The notes beneath the pieces are model-generated. The model had not been told where the DNA came from. It ran no database searches and was given only the letters and a program-made list of their open reading frames with translations. A DNA stretch of 64,000 bases from an uncultured Phycisphaerales bacterium (lineage in GTDB: Bacteria; Planctomycetota; Phycisphaerae; Sedimentisphaerales; Anaerobacaceae): contig CAVYYI010000001.1 of NCBI GenBank assembly GCA_963772725.1, positions 192,001-256,000 on the forward strand. Reading direction: 5' to 3'. Of this stretch, positions 10,684-22,576 are shown piece by piece (the first letter of the stretch is position 1; each line of letters begins with the position of its first letter). Made by a program: the position numbers and the translations under genes.

Positions 10684-13093
10684 TTATTTGGCGACCGGTT
10701 TTTTATCGCCAGCCCATCTCCACTGATCAACCTCCGGCTTATCAATGCCGTACTCATAGGCATAGTTCTGACATTCGATCTGCATATTGCGCAGCTTCTC
10801 CTTGACATGGGCGCCCGCTACACGCAGTGCCGGCACACGGTCGATAACATCAATGGCCAGACTGAATCGGTCGATCTGGTTCTGGATAGCCAGATCGAGC
10901 GGCGTATTGATGTTGCCCTTCTCTTTGTAGCCGCGCACATGGAGGTTCTTGTGATTGGTGCGACGGTAGGTAAGGCGATGGATCAGCCACGGATAGCCGT
11001 GGAAGTTAAAGATGATGGGCTTATCAACCGTGAACAGACTGTCGAAGTCCTTGTCGGAAAGGCCGTGCGGATGCTCGGTGGACGGCGTGAGCTTGAACAG
11101 ATCCACCACATTGACAAAGCGTATCTTAAGATCGGGGAAATTTTCCCGCAGCATCACGATTGCCGCCAGCGCCTCTTTGGTGGGAATATCGCCCGCCGAG
11201 GCCATCACCACATCCGGCTCCGAGCCTTCGTCGTTGCTCGCTTTCTGCCAAAGGCCGATGCCCTTGGTGCAGTGCGCGATGGCCTCATCCATATTCAGAT
11301 ATTGAAGATGCTTCTGCTTGTCGCAGACGATCACATTAATGTAGTTGGTGCTCTTGAGGCAGTGATCGGCCACACTGAGCAGGCAGTTCACATCCGGCGG
11401 CATATAGATGCGGCACACATCCGGGCTTTTATTGCAGACCACATCCAAAAAGCCGGGGTCCTGATGGGTGAAGCCGTTGTGATCCTGTCGCCACACTGTC
11501 GAGGTAATAAACAAATTGAGCGAAGAAACCGGCGCACGCCACGGCAACTGGCGGCAAATAGCGAGCCATTTGGCATGCTGGTTGAACATCGAATCGATAA
11601 CATGCACAAACGCTTCGTAGGTGGAGAAAAATCCATGGCGGCCCGAAAGCAGATACCCTTCGAACCAGCCCTCCAGCGTGTGCTCCGAGAGCATTTCCAG
11701 AACACGGCCATCCGGCGACAACTGGCCGCCGTCCGCATCTTCAGGCAGATAATTTGCCAGCCACAGTTTCTTGCTCACTTCATAAATGTTATCGAGCTTG
11801 TTTGATGTATTTTCGTCAGGGCCGAAAACGCGGAAATTTGTCATATTCTGACGCATAATGTCACGTAAAAAACAGCCGAGCGGACGAGCGTTTTCGGCGG
11901 TGATTTGCCCCGGTTTTTCCACTACAATGGCATAGTCGCGGAAGTCCGGCATACGCAGCGGCTTTCGCAAAAGGCCGCCGTTGGCGTGCGGATTTGCGCT
12001 CATGCGGCGAGTGCCTTTGGGAGCCAGTGCCTTCAATTCCGGAATCAGCCGTCCGCTTACATCGAACAATTCCTCGGGCTTGTAGCTGCGCATCCACTCT
12101 TCCAACTGTTTCAAATGTGCCGGATTCTCGTGCATACCAGACAGCGGCACCTGGTGGGAACGCCAGAAACCTTCGACCTTATGGCCGTCCACTTCTTTGG
12201 GACCTGTCCAGCCCTTGGGACTGCGAAGCACAATCATAGGCCAGCGAGCCCTGTCCGGCTTGCCGCTGCTGCGTGCTTCCTGCTGAATACGCCGAATCTC
12301 CAGAACGCAATCTTCCAGTGTCGCGGCCATCTTCTGATGCATTTCCTCCGGCTCGTCCCCTTCCACAAAATGCGGCGTCCAGCCATAGCCCTTGAAGAGA
12401 TCTTCAAGTTCCTCATGGGAAATGCGGGACAGCAGCGTGGGATTATTGATTTTGTAGCCGTTGAGATGCAGGATCGGCAGCACCGCACCGTCGCGGATCG
12501 GATTGATAAACTTATTGGAATGCCATGAGGTCGCCAGCGGCCCCGTTTCCGATTCGCCGTCGCCGACCACAACCGCCACCAGCAGGTCAGGATTATCAAA
12601 AGCGGCGCCGAAGGCATGAGAGACGCTGTAGCCCAGTTCGCCTCCTTCATGGATGGAGCCGGGCGTTTCCGGCGTGCAGTGGCTGCCGATGCCGCCGGGA
12701 AAGGAAAATTCCTTGAAAAATTCGCAGCATCCCCTCCTCATCCTCACCCTTGTTCGGATAAACCTCCGAGTATGTTCCCTCCAGATAAACCGGCGCCAGT
12801 ACGCCCGGCGCTCCGTGGCCGGGACCGGCCATGAAAATCGCATCAAGGTCATACTTATTGATCAGGCGGTTGAGATGAATATAAGTGAAGCTCAAGCCGG
12901 GACTGGCGCCCCAGTGACCCAGCAGACGCTGCTTGATGTGTTCGGCCTTGAGAGGCTTGCGAAGCAGCGGATTCGCCCGCAGATAGATCATGCCGGCCGC
13001 CAGATAATTGCAGGCCCGCCAATAAGCATTCATTAGTTCAAGTTCTTTATGGGAAAGGGGGTTCATTTTTTGATTTGTAATTTTTTTGGCCAT
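10684..13093 (-). CDS. xfp: xylulose-5-P/fructose-6-P phosphoketolase (frameshift near 12725)
   Basis: Motifs [34 protein letters not shown] and [14 protein letters not shown]. The pieces are ORFs 12647-13105 and 10684-12852. Confidence 0.93.
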
Positions 13094-13413
13094 GGCAATC
13101 TCCATTTCCGCGATATTGCGCCTAATTTTTCAGACTAACTGGTTTATTGTAAAAAAATAAATTATTACAAAATCAGCAAACTATTCATTCAAAGTTGTTT
13201 CCAGCACATCTCGGGACATTCAGCTTATACTTTACCATAATCTGAACCTCTGCCCATTGTCAAGACAAATTGTCCGCCTTAAATCTGTCCTTGGTGTAGA
13301 ATTCTATTAGCCCCCCAAAATTTGTGATATCTTAAAATTTACTAACTTTTATTGCAAGTTATGTAAAATTATTACAGTAAGTTGACTATATTTTAAATTA
13401 CAATAATCGCAAT

Positions 13414-13506
13414 TAGTAAAATTCCTGATTTTAGTATTAGGAATTTCCCTACATCATCCGGATATCATAGGTATTTACCTGACAGCAAAAACAGGTTTTT
13501 CCCCAA
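13414..13506. promoter_or_regulatory. cluster of four ~14-15 bp related boxes (candidate NarL/RcsB-type response-regulator sites) in the divergent intergenic region
   Basis: TAGTAAAATTCCTGA (13414), TAGGAATTTCCCTA (13438), TAGGTATTTACCTGA (13468) and CAGGTTTTTCCCCAA (13492). They resemble the RcsAB box TaAGaatatTCctA. Confidence 0.5.
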
Positions 13507-13627
13507 TTGTGCAATTGACCTTAATCTAATAAAGTTGGTGCGGTTATAATTATGTAAAGTCTGATTTATTCCAGACAGTACACACCGCTGTGGGGTAAAA
13601 GACATCATTGCGAAAAGGGACAGCATA

Positions 13628-14227
13628 GTGAGTGAAAAGCTACCTGTTATTTATGTGGCACGACATGGTGAGACGGCATGGAGTCTTACGGGCCAATACA
13701 CAGGGCTTACCGATTTACCTCTAACCGAACAAGGGGAACGCAATGCACACCAACTCGGAGAACGATTGAAAGAGCAGACTTTCACCAGGGTTTTTACCAG
13801 TCCCTTACGTCGTGCGGTCCGGACATGCGAATTGGCCGGTTTCGGTTCTGTTGCGGAAGTTGACCGTAATCTTGTTGAATGGAATTACGGTGAATACGAA
13901 GGCCGCCGGACCGCGGAAATCCTTGCTGAACGCCCTGACTGGATGCTTTTCCGTGATGGATGTCCCAGCGGCGAAACACCTGCTCAGGTTGCCGCACGTG
14001 CCGATAGTGTAATAAGCCGCGTCCGCGCGGTTAAAGGAGACGTGTTGCTTTTTTCGAGTGGCCATTTCATACGTGTCCTGGCTGCTCGATGGATAGGGCT
14101 TGAGCCTTCAGTTAACAGCAGGTCTTTTATGCTCAGTACCGCGAGCCTTTGTGCTTTTAGCTATGAAGGAAATTTTTTACGACCGGCAATTTATCTTTGG
14201 AATGAAACTCGTCATGTGGGTAAGTGA
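13628..14227 (+). CDS. histidine phosphatase (phosphoglycerate mutase family)
   Basis: RHGET catalytic motif, plus SPLRRA and EWNYGEYEG. Confidence 0.9.
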   Translation: MSEKLPVIYVARHGETAWSLTGQYTGLTDLPLTEQGERNAHQLGERLKEQTFTRVFTSPLRRAVRTCELAGFGSVAEVDRNLVEWNYGEYEGRRTAEILAERPDWMLFRDGCPSGETPAQVAARADSVISRVRAVKGDVLLFSSGHFIRVLAARWIGLEPSVNSRSFMLSTASLCAFSYEGNFLRPAIYLWNETRHVGK

Positions 14228-14262
14228 CTCAATGCAGAAGTCAATGCAGAAGTCCGGCCCAC

Positions 14263-14291
14263 TTGACACAAGTTGAGTAATGTGGTATTTT
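14263..14291 (+). promoter_or_regulatory. candidate sigma70 promoter for glgP
   Basis: TTGACA (14263), a 17-bp spacer, then TATTTT (14286) with an upstream TG. Confidence 0.4.
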
Positions 14292-14322
14292 TGAGAAAAA
14301 AATTAAGTGAAAGGGCATTAAA

Positions 14323-16840
14323 ATGGGTAGGGATATTGATGTTCCTCCGATGATGCCAAAAGAGCAAGAAGATGTATCAAAACTCCTCAAGCAATACGGG
14401 TGCGGACCGGTTCAGTTTTCGGGAACGGACAATGCATTATACGAGCGGCATCTGATTTTTGACAATGTTATCGATTTGAAAACAGCCGGGACGCGTGAGC
14501 GATTTGAGGCCTTTGCCCGTTCTGTGCGGGATGTTCTTTCACAGCGATGGGTACGCACGGAGGATACGTATAATCGTGTGAATCCCAAAGCGTATTTACT
14601 ATCTTTCGATGGAATTTCTCATCGGCCGTTCACTGGCCAACAATGTCACGAATCTTCTGCTCGATGATATTGCCAAACAAGCTGTCGAGCAGAAAGCATA
14701 TCGATTTGCTTGGATTGCTTGAACAGGAACCTGATGCGGGGCTGGGTAATGGAGGACTTGGACGTCTGGCGGCGTGCTTCCTCGATTCGATGGCCACGAT
14801 GCAGCTTCCGGCCATGGGCTACGGTCTGCGTTACGAATATGGGATTTTCAAACAGTCCATTAAGGACGGCTGGCAGCAGGAACAGCCCGACAACTGGCTG
14901 CGTCACCCTGACCCGTGGGAGGTTGCACGTCTGCATGAGATGGTGGAGGTAAAGCTTAACTGCTCATTTGAGCTTCGAGGCGGAAGCTTGCAGGGCATAC
15001 CCGGCCGGCCATCCAGCTTGCTCGGTATTCCGTTTGACCGTCCCGTAGTGGGTTATGGCGGCAAGACCATCAATACGCTTCGGCTCTGGGCGGCAGCGGC
15101 GCCGGATTATTTTGATTTTCAGAGATTCAGCCGCGGGGATTTTGTCGGTGCTCTTGCTGAAACGCTTACGGCAGAATCTCTTACGCGGGTACTTTATCCC
15201 GATGATACCACCAGTCTGGGACAGGGACTGCGATTTGTGCAGGAATATTTTCTTGTTGCGTGTTCGCTGGCAGACCTTGTGCGGCGTTTCCGGCGCAGCA
15301 ACACCGACTGGAGCAAGCTTCCCGAGAAAGTTGCAATACAGCTTAATGATACACATCCATCTATGGCTGTTCCTGAATTGATGCGTATTCTGCTTGACGA
15401 AGCCAACCTCGAGTGGGACCAGGCGTGGGACATTACACAAAAGACTCTGGCATACACGAACCACACACTGCTGCCTGAAGCTCTGGAGAAATGGCCGATC
15501 GCGTGGTTTGAAATGATGCAGCCGCGTCTTCTGGAAATTATCTTCGAGATAAATCGCCGCTTTCTCGATACGATGTTCGTACCAAATTCCCGGTGACGAG
15601 GGACGCGTTGCGCGAATGAGTCTTATTGAGGAAGGCGACAGTGCGCAAGATTCGCATGGCCAATCTGGCTATTGTCGGTTCGCACAGCACTAACGGTGTG
15701 GCCGCAATACATTCCGAACTGTTGCGTACAATGACGGTCAAGGATTTTGCCGAGATGTTCCCGGAACGTTTCAATAATAAAACCAATGGCGTTACGCCGC
15801 GACGCTGGCTGCTGCTGGCGAATCCGGCACTTGCAGATACGATTACCGAGGCCATAGGCGACGGCTGGATTACTGACCTGAGCCAATTGAGCAAACTCAA
15901 GCCACTTGCCGATGACAAGGGTTTCCGGATGCATTTCCTAAGGCCAAGCGTGCGGCCAAGTCTCAGTTTGCCGACTGGCTAAAAATCAACTACCGGCCAG
16001 ACAGTGGACCCGGACAGCATTTTCGATTGTCAGGTCAAGCGTATCCACGAATACAAGAGGCAATTACTCAATGCGCTGCGCATCGTGGTACTTTACAACC
16101 GCCTGCGGGCAAATCCGAACATGGATATGGCGCCGCGAACGTTTTTTTTCGCCGGCAAGGCCGCACCGGCCTACCATCTTGGCCAAACTTATCATCAAGT
16201 TCATCAACAATCTGGCAGGCACCATTGACGGGGACCCGGCGATGCGAGGGCAGACTTAAAGTCCTGTTTCTGCCTGATTACTGTGTTTCTCTTGCAGAAC
16301 GGCTGATTCCTGCCAGCGATGTCTCCAATCAGATATCGACCGCAGGATATGAAGCCAGCGGCACGAGCAATATGAAGTTTATGATGAATGGGGCGCTGAC
16401 CATAGGTACACGCGACGGAGCTACAATTGAAATGGCACAGGAAGCGGGCGAGGAAAACTTTTTCCTTTTCGGTCTGACTGCTGAACAAGTGGCCGACAGC
16501 CAAGGCTGGTATAATCCATACTGGCATTACGAAAACGAACCGGAGACCCGCGAGGCGCTGGATATGATTTTCTCAAATTACTTCAGTCGCTATGAACCTG
16601 GTGTTTTTACTCCATTATGCGAGACGCTTCTAACACGCGGCGACCATTATATGCATTTGGCCGACCTAAAGTTTTATCTTGAGGCGGACCAGCGGTTATG
16701 TGAATTGTATGCCGACCCGCGATGGATGGGCATTTAAGGCCATTCTGAATGTGGCCGGTTCCGGCAAATTTTCCAGCGACCGAACCATCGCGGAGTATGC
16801 GTCAAATATCTGGAATGCAAAGCCATGTCCGGTGACCTGA
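14323..16840 (+). CDS. glgP: glycogen/starch phosphorylase (GT35), split by multiple frameshifts
   Basis: Motifs [65 protein letters not shown] (PLP site) and SDRTIAEYA, spread over several frames. Stop TGA at 16838-16840. Confidence 0.9.
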
Positions 16841-16992
16841 ACGCGAGCCTTCGCCATTCACGCCGGCACCAGATGGTTACCGGCAACAGCCTGACAAAGG
16901 CTAAAAGAGATGGATAACGATTGGTTTCTAAAAAAAATATTATACGCGATTGCAATGCCCTAACGCATCGTCTGAAATAAGGAGACTTTTTT

Positions 16993-17802
16993 ATGTCCAA
17001 GATGATAGTGGAAAAAACGAAAACGAAGATGAAACGTAAAAAATACGAAAAGGTACTGCGTAACCTCCAGACTGAATTGTGTGTGTTGCAGGAGTGGGTA
17101 GTGCAAAAAGGATTGCGAGTGATGGTCGTATTTGAGGGGCGTGATGCAGCCGGCAAGGGCGGAACCATCAAGGCGATAACGGAGCGAGTCAGCCCGCGTG
17201 TGTTTCGTGTCATAGCATTGCCGGCACCGTCCGATCGGGAACGGACGCAGATGTTTGGTCAACGATACATTCGGTACTTCCCATCTGCCGGCGAGGTCGT
17301 CATTTTCGACCGGAGCTGGTACAACCGCGCTGGCGTGGAGCCGGTAATGGGATTCTGTACCAAAGAACAATACCTTAGTTTTCTTGAGAATTGTCCAAAA
17401 TTCGAGGCTTTTTCCATCCGGTCCGGCATCATCCTGATAAAGTTCTGGCTGGAGGTTGGCCAGGAAGAACAACAGCGACGGTTCGATGACCGTGTCAAAG
17501 ACCCGCTCCGTCAGTGGAAATTAAGCCCGATGGACATCGAGTCGTATTCCCGATGGTATGACTATTCCCGCGCACGCGACATGATGCTGAAGGCAACTGA
17601 CACAAAGGAGGCTCCGTGGTACATTGTTCGCTCGGATGATAAACGGCGTGCCCGCCTCAATTGCATCGCACATCTTCTTAACCTTATTCCCTATAAGAAA
17701 ATACCCCACAAAAAAGTAAAACTTCCTGCACGTTCGGATAAAGGGAAGTACGACGACCAGATAACGCTGAAAGGCCGGAATTTCGTACCGGAGAAATACT
17801 GA
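16993..17802 (+). CDS. ppk2: polyphosphate kinase 2
   Basis: Motifs FEGRDAAGKGG, FDRSWYNRAG, QWKLSPMD and RARLNCI. Confidence 0.93.
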   Translation: MSKMIVEKTKTKMKRKKYEKVLRNLQTELCVLQEWVVQKGLRVMVVFEGRDAAGKGGTIKAITERVSPRVFRVIALPAPSDRERTQMFGQRYIRYFPSAGEVVIFDRSWYNRAGVEPVMGFCTKEQYLSFLENCPKFEAFSIRSGIILIKFWLEVGQEEQQRRFDDRVKDPLRQWKLSPMDIESYSRWYDYSRARDMMLKATDTKEAPWYIVRSDDKRRARLNCIAHLLNLIPYKKIPHKKVKLPARSDKGKYDDQITLKGRNFVPEKY

Positions 17803-17824
17803 ATGGTGTACGAGTAGATAAAAG

Positions 17825-19485
17825 ATGGAACACAAAATAAACGTAGGAATTTCTCCTTTTGCAGGTAAATTGGCACCAAGAGAAATGCTGGTTGACCTGT
17901 CTCGGCTCGAACGTGAGTATTACGAGTGTCAGCCGGATATGACGGATGCCAACCAGCGAGTTAGTTTTGGCACCAGCGGACATCGTGGTTCGTCACTGCA
18001 CGGTACGTTCACTGAAGCCCATATCCTGGCTATTACCCAGGCTATCTGCGACTATCGAGCAGCAGTATGATGGCCGTATATCATGGTAGGGACACACACG
18101 CGTTGTCCGGGCCTGCCCAGCGTACTGCTCTGGAAGTTTTGGCGGCAAACAATGTGGAAACTATCATCCATCGAAATGATTGTGTAACGCCGACACCGGT
18201 TGTCTCGTGGCTTATCCTTGTTTACAACCGTGGTCGCAGGGAGCATCTTGCTGACGGCGTAGTAATCACGCCGTCGCACAACCCCCCTGAGGATGGCGGT
18301 TTCAAGTATAACTCAACCAATGGCGGTCCGGCCGATACCGATGTGACGAAGTGGATTCAGAACCGTGCCAATGAACTGCTGCAAAAAGGCAATGCCGGTA
18401 TAAAACGTGTACCATTCTCATCGGCCATCAAAGCGGAGAGCACCCACCAGGAAGATTTTGTCACGCCCTATGTTAACGACCTGCAGAATGTCATCGATAT
18501 GGATGCTATACGTGCTGCCGACCTCAAGCTGGGTGCTGACCCGCTCGGAGGGGCATCCGAACCATATTGGGAGCCGATAAGCTCAGTTTATAAACTTAAC
18601 ATTGTCGTTGTAAATCCGAAAGTTGACCCAACCTTCTCGTTTATGCCGGTTGACCACGACGGCAGGATACGGATGGACTGCTCCAGCCCGTATGCGATGG
18701 CGGGGCTTGTCGGTCTCAAGAACCAGTACAAGCTTGCTTTCGCCAATGACCCGGATTCTGACCGGCACGGAATTGTAACACCGCATGCAGGGTTGATGAA
18801 TCCCAACCACTACCTGGCCGTGGCCATAAACTATCTGCTTACGCATCGCCCAGACTGGCCTAAGAATGCTGCCGTGGGAAAGACGCTTGTCAGCAGCAGT
18901 ATTATTGACAGGGTGGTTGAAAAACTCGGTCGCAAACTGTCCGAAGTACCGGTAGGCTTCAAATGGTTCACACCAGGATTGTTTGACGGCTCATATTGTT
19001 TCGGCGGTGAGGAAAGTGCCGGGGCAAGCTTTCTGCGACAAGACGGTACTGTATGGACTACCGACAAAGACGGTTTAATCATGAATCTGCTCGCAGCCGA
19101 AATCACAGCCAGCACAAAAAAAGACCCGGGCGAGCACTATAGCGAACTAACTGCTCAGTTCGGTACACCTTATTATACTCGCATCGATGCGTCGGCAACA
19201 CCAGAGCAGAAAGTAAGATTACAGAAGCTGTCGCCGGAAGCTGTCAGGGAGTCAAAATTGGCCGGTGAGCAGATTACAGCTAAATTGACCTGCGCTCCCG
19301 GCAATGGGGCACCAATTGGCGGCTTGAAAGTCGTGGCCGTCAATGGCTGGTTCGCGGCCCGGCCGTCCGGTACGGAAAATATTTACAAGATTTATGCAGA
19401 AAGCTTCAAGGGTCAGGAACACCTAAATGCCATTGTGACCGAAGCCCAGCAAATCGTAAACAACGCACTGAAAGCCGTATCATAA
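17825..19485 (+). CDS. pgm: phosphoglucomutase (frameshift near 18065)
   Basis: Motifs [28 protein letters not shown] and ARPSGTE. Confidence 0.92.
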
Positions 19486-19544
19486 CACTAAATAAATTAT
19501 TCTGATAATAAATGGATACTATGAAATAGGAGAAATAAAATAAT

Positions 19545-21203
19545 ATGAAAGCATCAATCAGAAAGATGAAATCACCAATTGAGCCGCTGACCAAACGTAA
19601 GGCGTGGAAAGCCCTCGAAGCCCACTATAAAAAAGTCGGCCAGATGCATCTGCAAAAGCTTTTTACAGATGATCCAAATCGTGGCGAACGTTTCACGGTC
19701 GAGGCTCTGGGTATTTATCTGGATTATTCAAAGAATCGCGTTACCGATGAAACTATAAAATTGCTCACTCAACTTGCGGAAGAGACCGGGCTTCGGGAGC
19801 GGATTGATGCAATGTTTCGTGGCGACAAGATAAACCTTACGGAAAACCGGGCTGTTTTGCATGTTGCACTGCGGGCACCTAAAGGGACATCTATCATGGT
19901 AGATGGCAAGAACGTGGTGCCACAGGTTCATGCCGTGCTTGATAAAATGGCCGATTTCTGCAACCGCATCCGCAGCGGTGAATGGAAAGGTCATACCGGC
20001 AAACCTATTCGTAACATAGTTAACATAGGAATTGGAGGCTCCGACCTCGGTCCAGTGATGGCATACGAAGCGATGAAGGGTTACTGCGACCGCAGCAGGA
20101 TTTTTCGTTTCATTTCCAACATTGATGCCACCGACTTTGCCGAAGCTGTACGTGACCTTGAGCCGGCTGAAACGCTTTTTATCGTCTCTTCGAAAACCTT
20201 TACGACGCTCGAAACAATGACGAATGCAAACACTGCCCGCAAATGGGCTCTTGCCGGTTTAGGTAACGATGAAAAGTCAGTCGCTAAACATTTTGTTGCG
20301 GTATCAACGAATGCCGCGGAAGTAGCCAAGTTCGGTATTGATACTGCAAATATGTTTGGTTTCTGGGACTGGGTCGGCGGTCGCTATTCGATGGATTCGG
20401 CGATAGGCCTTTCGACAATGCTTGCCATCGGTCCGGAGAACTTCCGTGCTATGCTGGACGGCCTACACCAAATGGACGAACACTTCCTAACAGCTTCGTT
20501 CGAGCAAAACCTGCCGGTGCTCATGGGGCTTCTTGGTATCTGGTACAATAATTTCTTCGGGGCAGAGACTGTTGCAGTTTTGCCGTATGAGCAATATCTG
20601 AGGCGATTCCCCGCATATCTGCAGCAGTTGATAATGGAAAGCAATGGCAAACATGTTACTCTCGATGGCACCGAAGTAACGTATCAGACAAGCCCTGTAT
20701 ACTGGGGAGAGCCGGGAACCAACGGTCAGCATTCTTTTTACCAGTTGATTCATCAGGGAACAAAGCTTATTCCCTGTGACTTTATCGCCTTTAATAAATC
20801 GCTCAATCCGCTTGGTCGTCATCACGATATGCTCATAGCGAACGTTTTTGCCCAAGCCGAGGCGCTGGCTTTTGGCAAGACTCGCGAACAAGTCAAAGCC
20901 GAAGGCACACCAGATTGGCTTGTGCCGCATCGCGTATTTGAGGGTAATCGGCCGTCGAATACAATTCTTGCCGACCAGCTCACTCCGGAAACGCTCGGAA
21001 AACTTATTTCCCTCTACGAACATTGCGTCTTTACGCAGGGCGCTATTTGGCAGATTGACTCATTTGACCAGTGGGGCGTCGAACTTGGGAAAGTGCTTGC
21101 ACATCGCATTGTTCCTGAACTCGAGAGCAGGGAAGAACCTATGCTTGTCCACGATAGCTCAACAAACAATTTAATACATCGTTATCGCAGGAGCAAATTA
21201 TGA
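19545..21203 (+). CDS. pgi: glucose-6-phosphate isomerase
   Basis: Motifs [32 protein letters not shown] and [10 protein letters not shown]. Confidence 0.96.
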   Translation: MKASIRKMKSPIEPLTKRKAWKALEAHYKKVGQMHLQKLFTDDPNRGERFTVEALGIYLDYSKNRVTDETIKLLTQLAEETGLRERIDAMFRGDKINLTENRAVLHVALRAPKGTSIMVDGKNVVPQVHAVLDKMADFCNRIRSGEWKGHTGKPIRNIVNIGIGGSDLGPVMAYEAMKGYCDRSRIFRFISNIDATDFAEAVRDLEPAETLFIVSSKTFTTLETMTNANTARKWALAGLGNDEKSVAKHFVAVSTNAAEVAKFGIDTANMFGFWDWVGGRYSMDSAIGLSTMLAIGPENFRAMLDGLHQMDEHFLTASFEQNLPVLMGLLGIWYNNFFGAETVAVLPYEQYLRRFPAYLQQLIMESNGKHVTLDGTEVTYQTSPVYWGEPGTNGQHSFYQLIHQGTKLIPCDFIAFNKSLNPLGRHHDMLIANVFAQAEALAFGKTREQVKAEGTPDWLVPHRVFEGNRPSNTILADQLTPETLGKLISLYEHCVFTQGAIWQIDSFDQWGVELGKVLAHRIVPELESREEPMLVHDSSTNNLIHRYRRSKL

Positions 21204-21386
21204 CCGGCAGCGAAAAGGCTGGAATGATTGTATTTCAGATAAACGCGTATCTGTCAATCCCGACATTGCCGGCACAGGGAGATATAATCGAGGTATGATG
21301 TATTTGAAATATTAATTTTGTCTATGTTGCACATATGGAATGTGCAAAAATGAATACTAAACATTCTATTGTGAAAGGACAGATTA

Positions 21387-21953
21387 ATGGAAAATAAAAT
21401 TCTCTCTATCATTTTGACAGCGTTAACACTTGCCGGCGGATGTTATTCGGAAAAGAAAGCCGCTGTGCCGGAAACACTGTCAAACGTGACTGTAAGGGCA
21501 TCTTACAATCCTACCGCAAAATTCACCAGGGGCAGTAATTATGCTTTTGTAAAATTTGCTTCTGACAGTGAGCAGGAACCTGAGCTCGCCTTGATTGACC
21601 AGAGAATTCAAACGGCGTTGGCCAAACAGTTAAAAGAAAAAGGATTCAAACCCGCCAAATATAAGGGTGTAGGCTTTTTTGTAACCTATACTATTGGACT
21701 GCAACAAGAAATAAACGTTCTGGCGGCCAAAAGCAAGGAGCAGGGCAATGACTGGATAAATGTGCTTGTAATACCTAATGATTATGTAAGCGGCGCGCTG
21801 CTTGTGCAGATAATTGATGCAAAGAGCATGGAACCGATTTGGCTAGGTATTTGCAATGCTGACATAACCCTGGCATTAGTAAGTGAACAACAGAAGCAGC
21901 GGAGAGTTGAATATGTTGTTACAGAGATGCTAAAGACTTTTCCTCCAAAGTAA
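21387..21953 (+). CDS. DUF4136-like lipoprotein
   Basis: Lipobox LAGGC, GALLVQIIDAK...IWLG and a C-terminal FPP ending typical of DUF4136. Confidence 0.7.
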   Translation: MENKILSIILTALTLAGGCYSEKKAAVPETLSNVTVRASYNPTAKFTRGSNYAFVKFASDSEQEPELALIDQRIQTALAKQLKEKGFKPAKYKGVGFFVTYTIGLQQEINVLAAKSKEQGNDWINVLVIPNDYVSGALLVQIIDAKSMEPIWLGICNADITLALVSEQQKQRRVEYVVTEMLKTFPPK

Positions 21954-22086
21954 TTAATAATAGGCATTGTTTTTGAAAGGATTTGAAGACAAGCCTTTAA
22001 TTGTTCCAACGCTATACAAAACAGCTCTTAAAGTTTTGTAAAAAATAACTTGTGTCATAAGTGCTTATTTTATAACACATTACAAA

Positions 22087-22111
22087 AGAGGGCGGTTTGG
22101 CGCCGCCCTCT
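22087..22111. terminator. GC-rich hairpin (possible terminator)
   Basis: AGAGGGCGG-loop-CCGCCCTCT, with an A-run on the left and a T-run ~7 nt to the right. Confidence 0.45.
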
Positions 22112-22208
22112 CCGTTGATTTTTGGGGTATCTTTTGTAAGCACTTGAATTTGCGAGGATTATAGAAGTATCTATGATAAAACGATTATTGAGCAGGTCAG
22201 ATAATTGA

Positions 22209-22272
22209 GTCGTAAAATGGTTAAAGATTTCCGCAAAATATAGTTGACATTATATTTGCGATGTGCTATAGT
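22209..22272 (+). promoter_or_regulatory. 21-bp direct-repeat operator + sigma70 promoter, copy 1 (PEP-CTERM gene)
   Basis: CGTAAAAT (22211), CGCAAAAT (22232), TTGACA (22244), a 17-bp spacer, then TATAGT (22267). Confidence 0.85.
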
Positions 22273-22576
22273 AAAGGCGTTCCAATGAGTTGTAATATGA
22301 AGAAGAAATAGAAGAGGCGAGTGTGAACAGGAGATGAGAGTGGTACGAAAAAGACTGAATTATCCTTCCATCGGCCCTTCTGACTGATTAATTTGTGTTT
22401 TAAGCAGGCATAAATGTGCCTTAGCCTTAAAAATTTGTTTGAAATATGCAGACACAACTAATGAAAGCCGTTTGGTGTGTTGCCAAACGAAAAGATATGG
22501 TGTTTGGATATTGAAGGCAGCAAGGTTTGGGCTTATGCCGAAGGAAATAGAGTCTCTTTTAGAAGAGGAGGTTCGT

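Noticed and set aside
4796..13036. Long + strand ORFs (e.g. 10624-11805, 393 aa; 4796-5593; 5600-6313; 11905-12528)
   Set aside because: These are antisense shadows of GC-rich genes (xfp, rbbA) with no recognisable motifs.
14229..14254. 12-bp tandem duplication TCAATGCAGAAG x2
   Set aside because: It is real but isolated. It could be slippage or an excision scar, and there is no further support for a function.
22057..22162. Imperfect palindromes (TAAGTGCTT...CACATTA; TAAGCACTT...GATTATA) flanking the 22087 hairpin as a recombination site or island boundary
   Set aside because: The symmetry is too weak, there is no clear second copy in the window, and no recombinase lies nearby.
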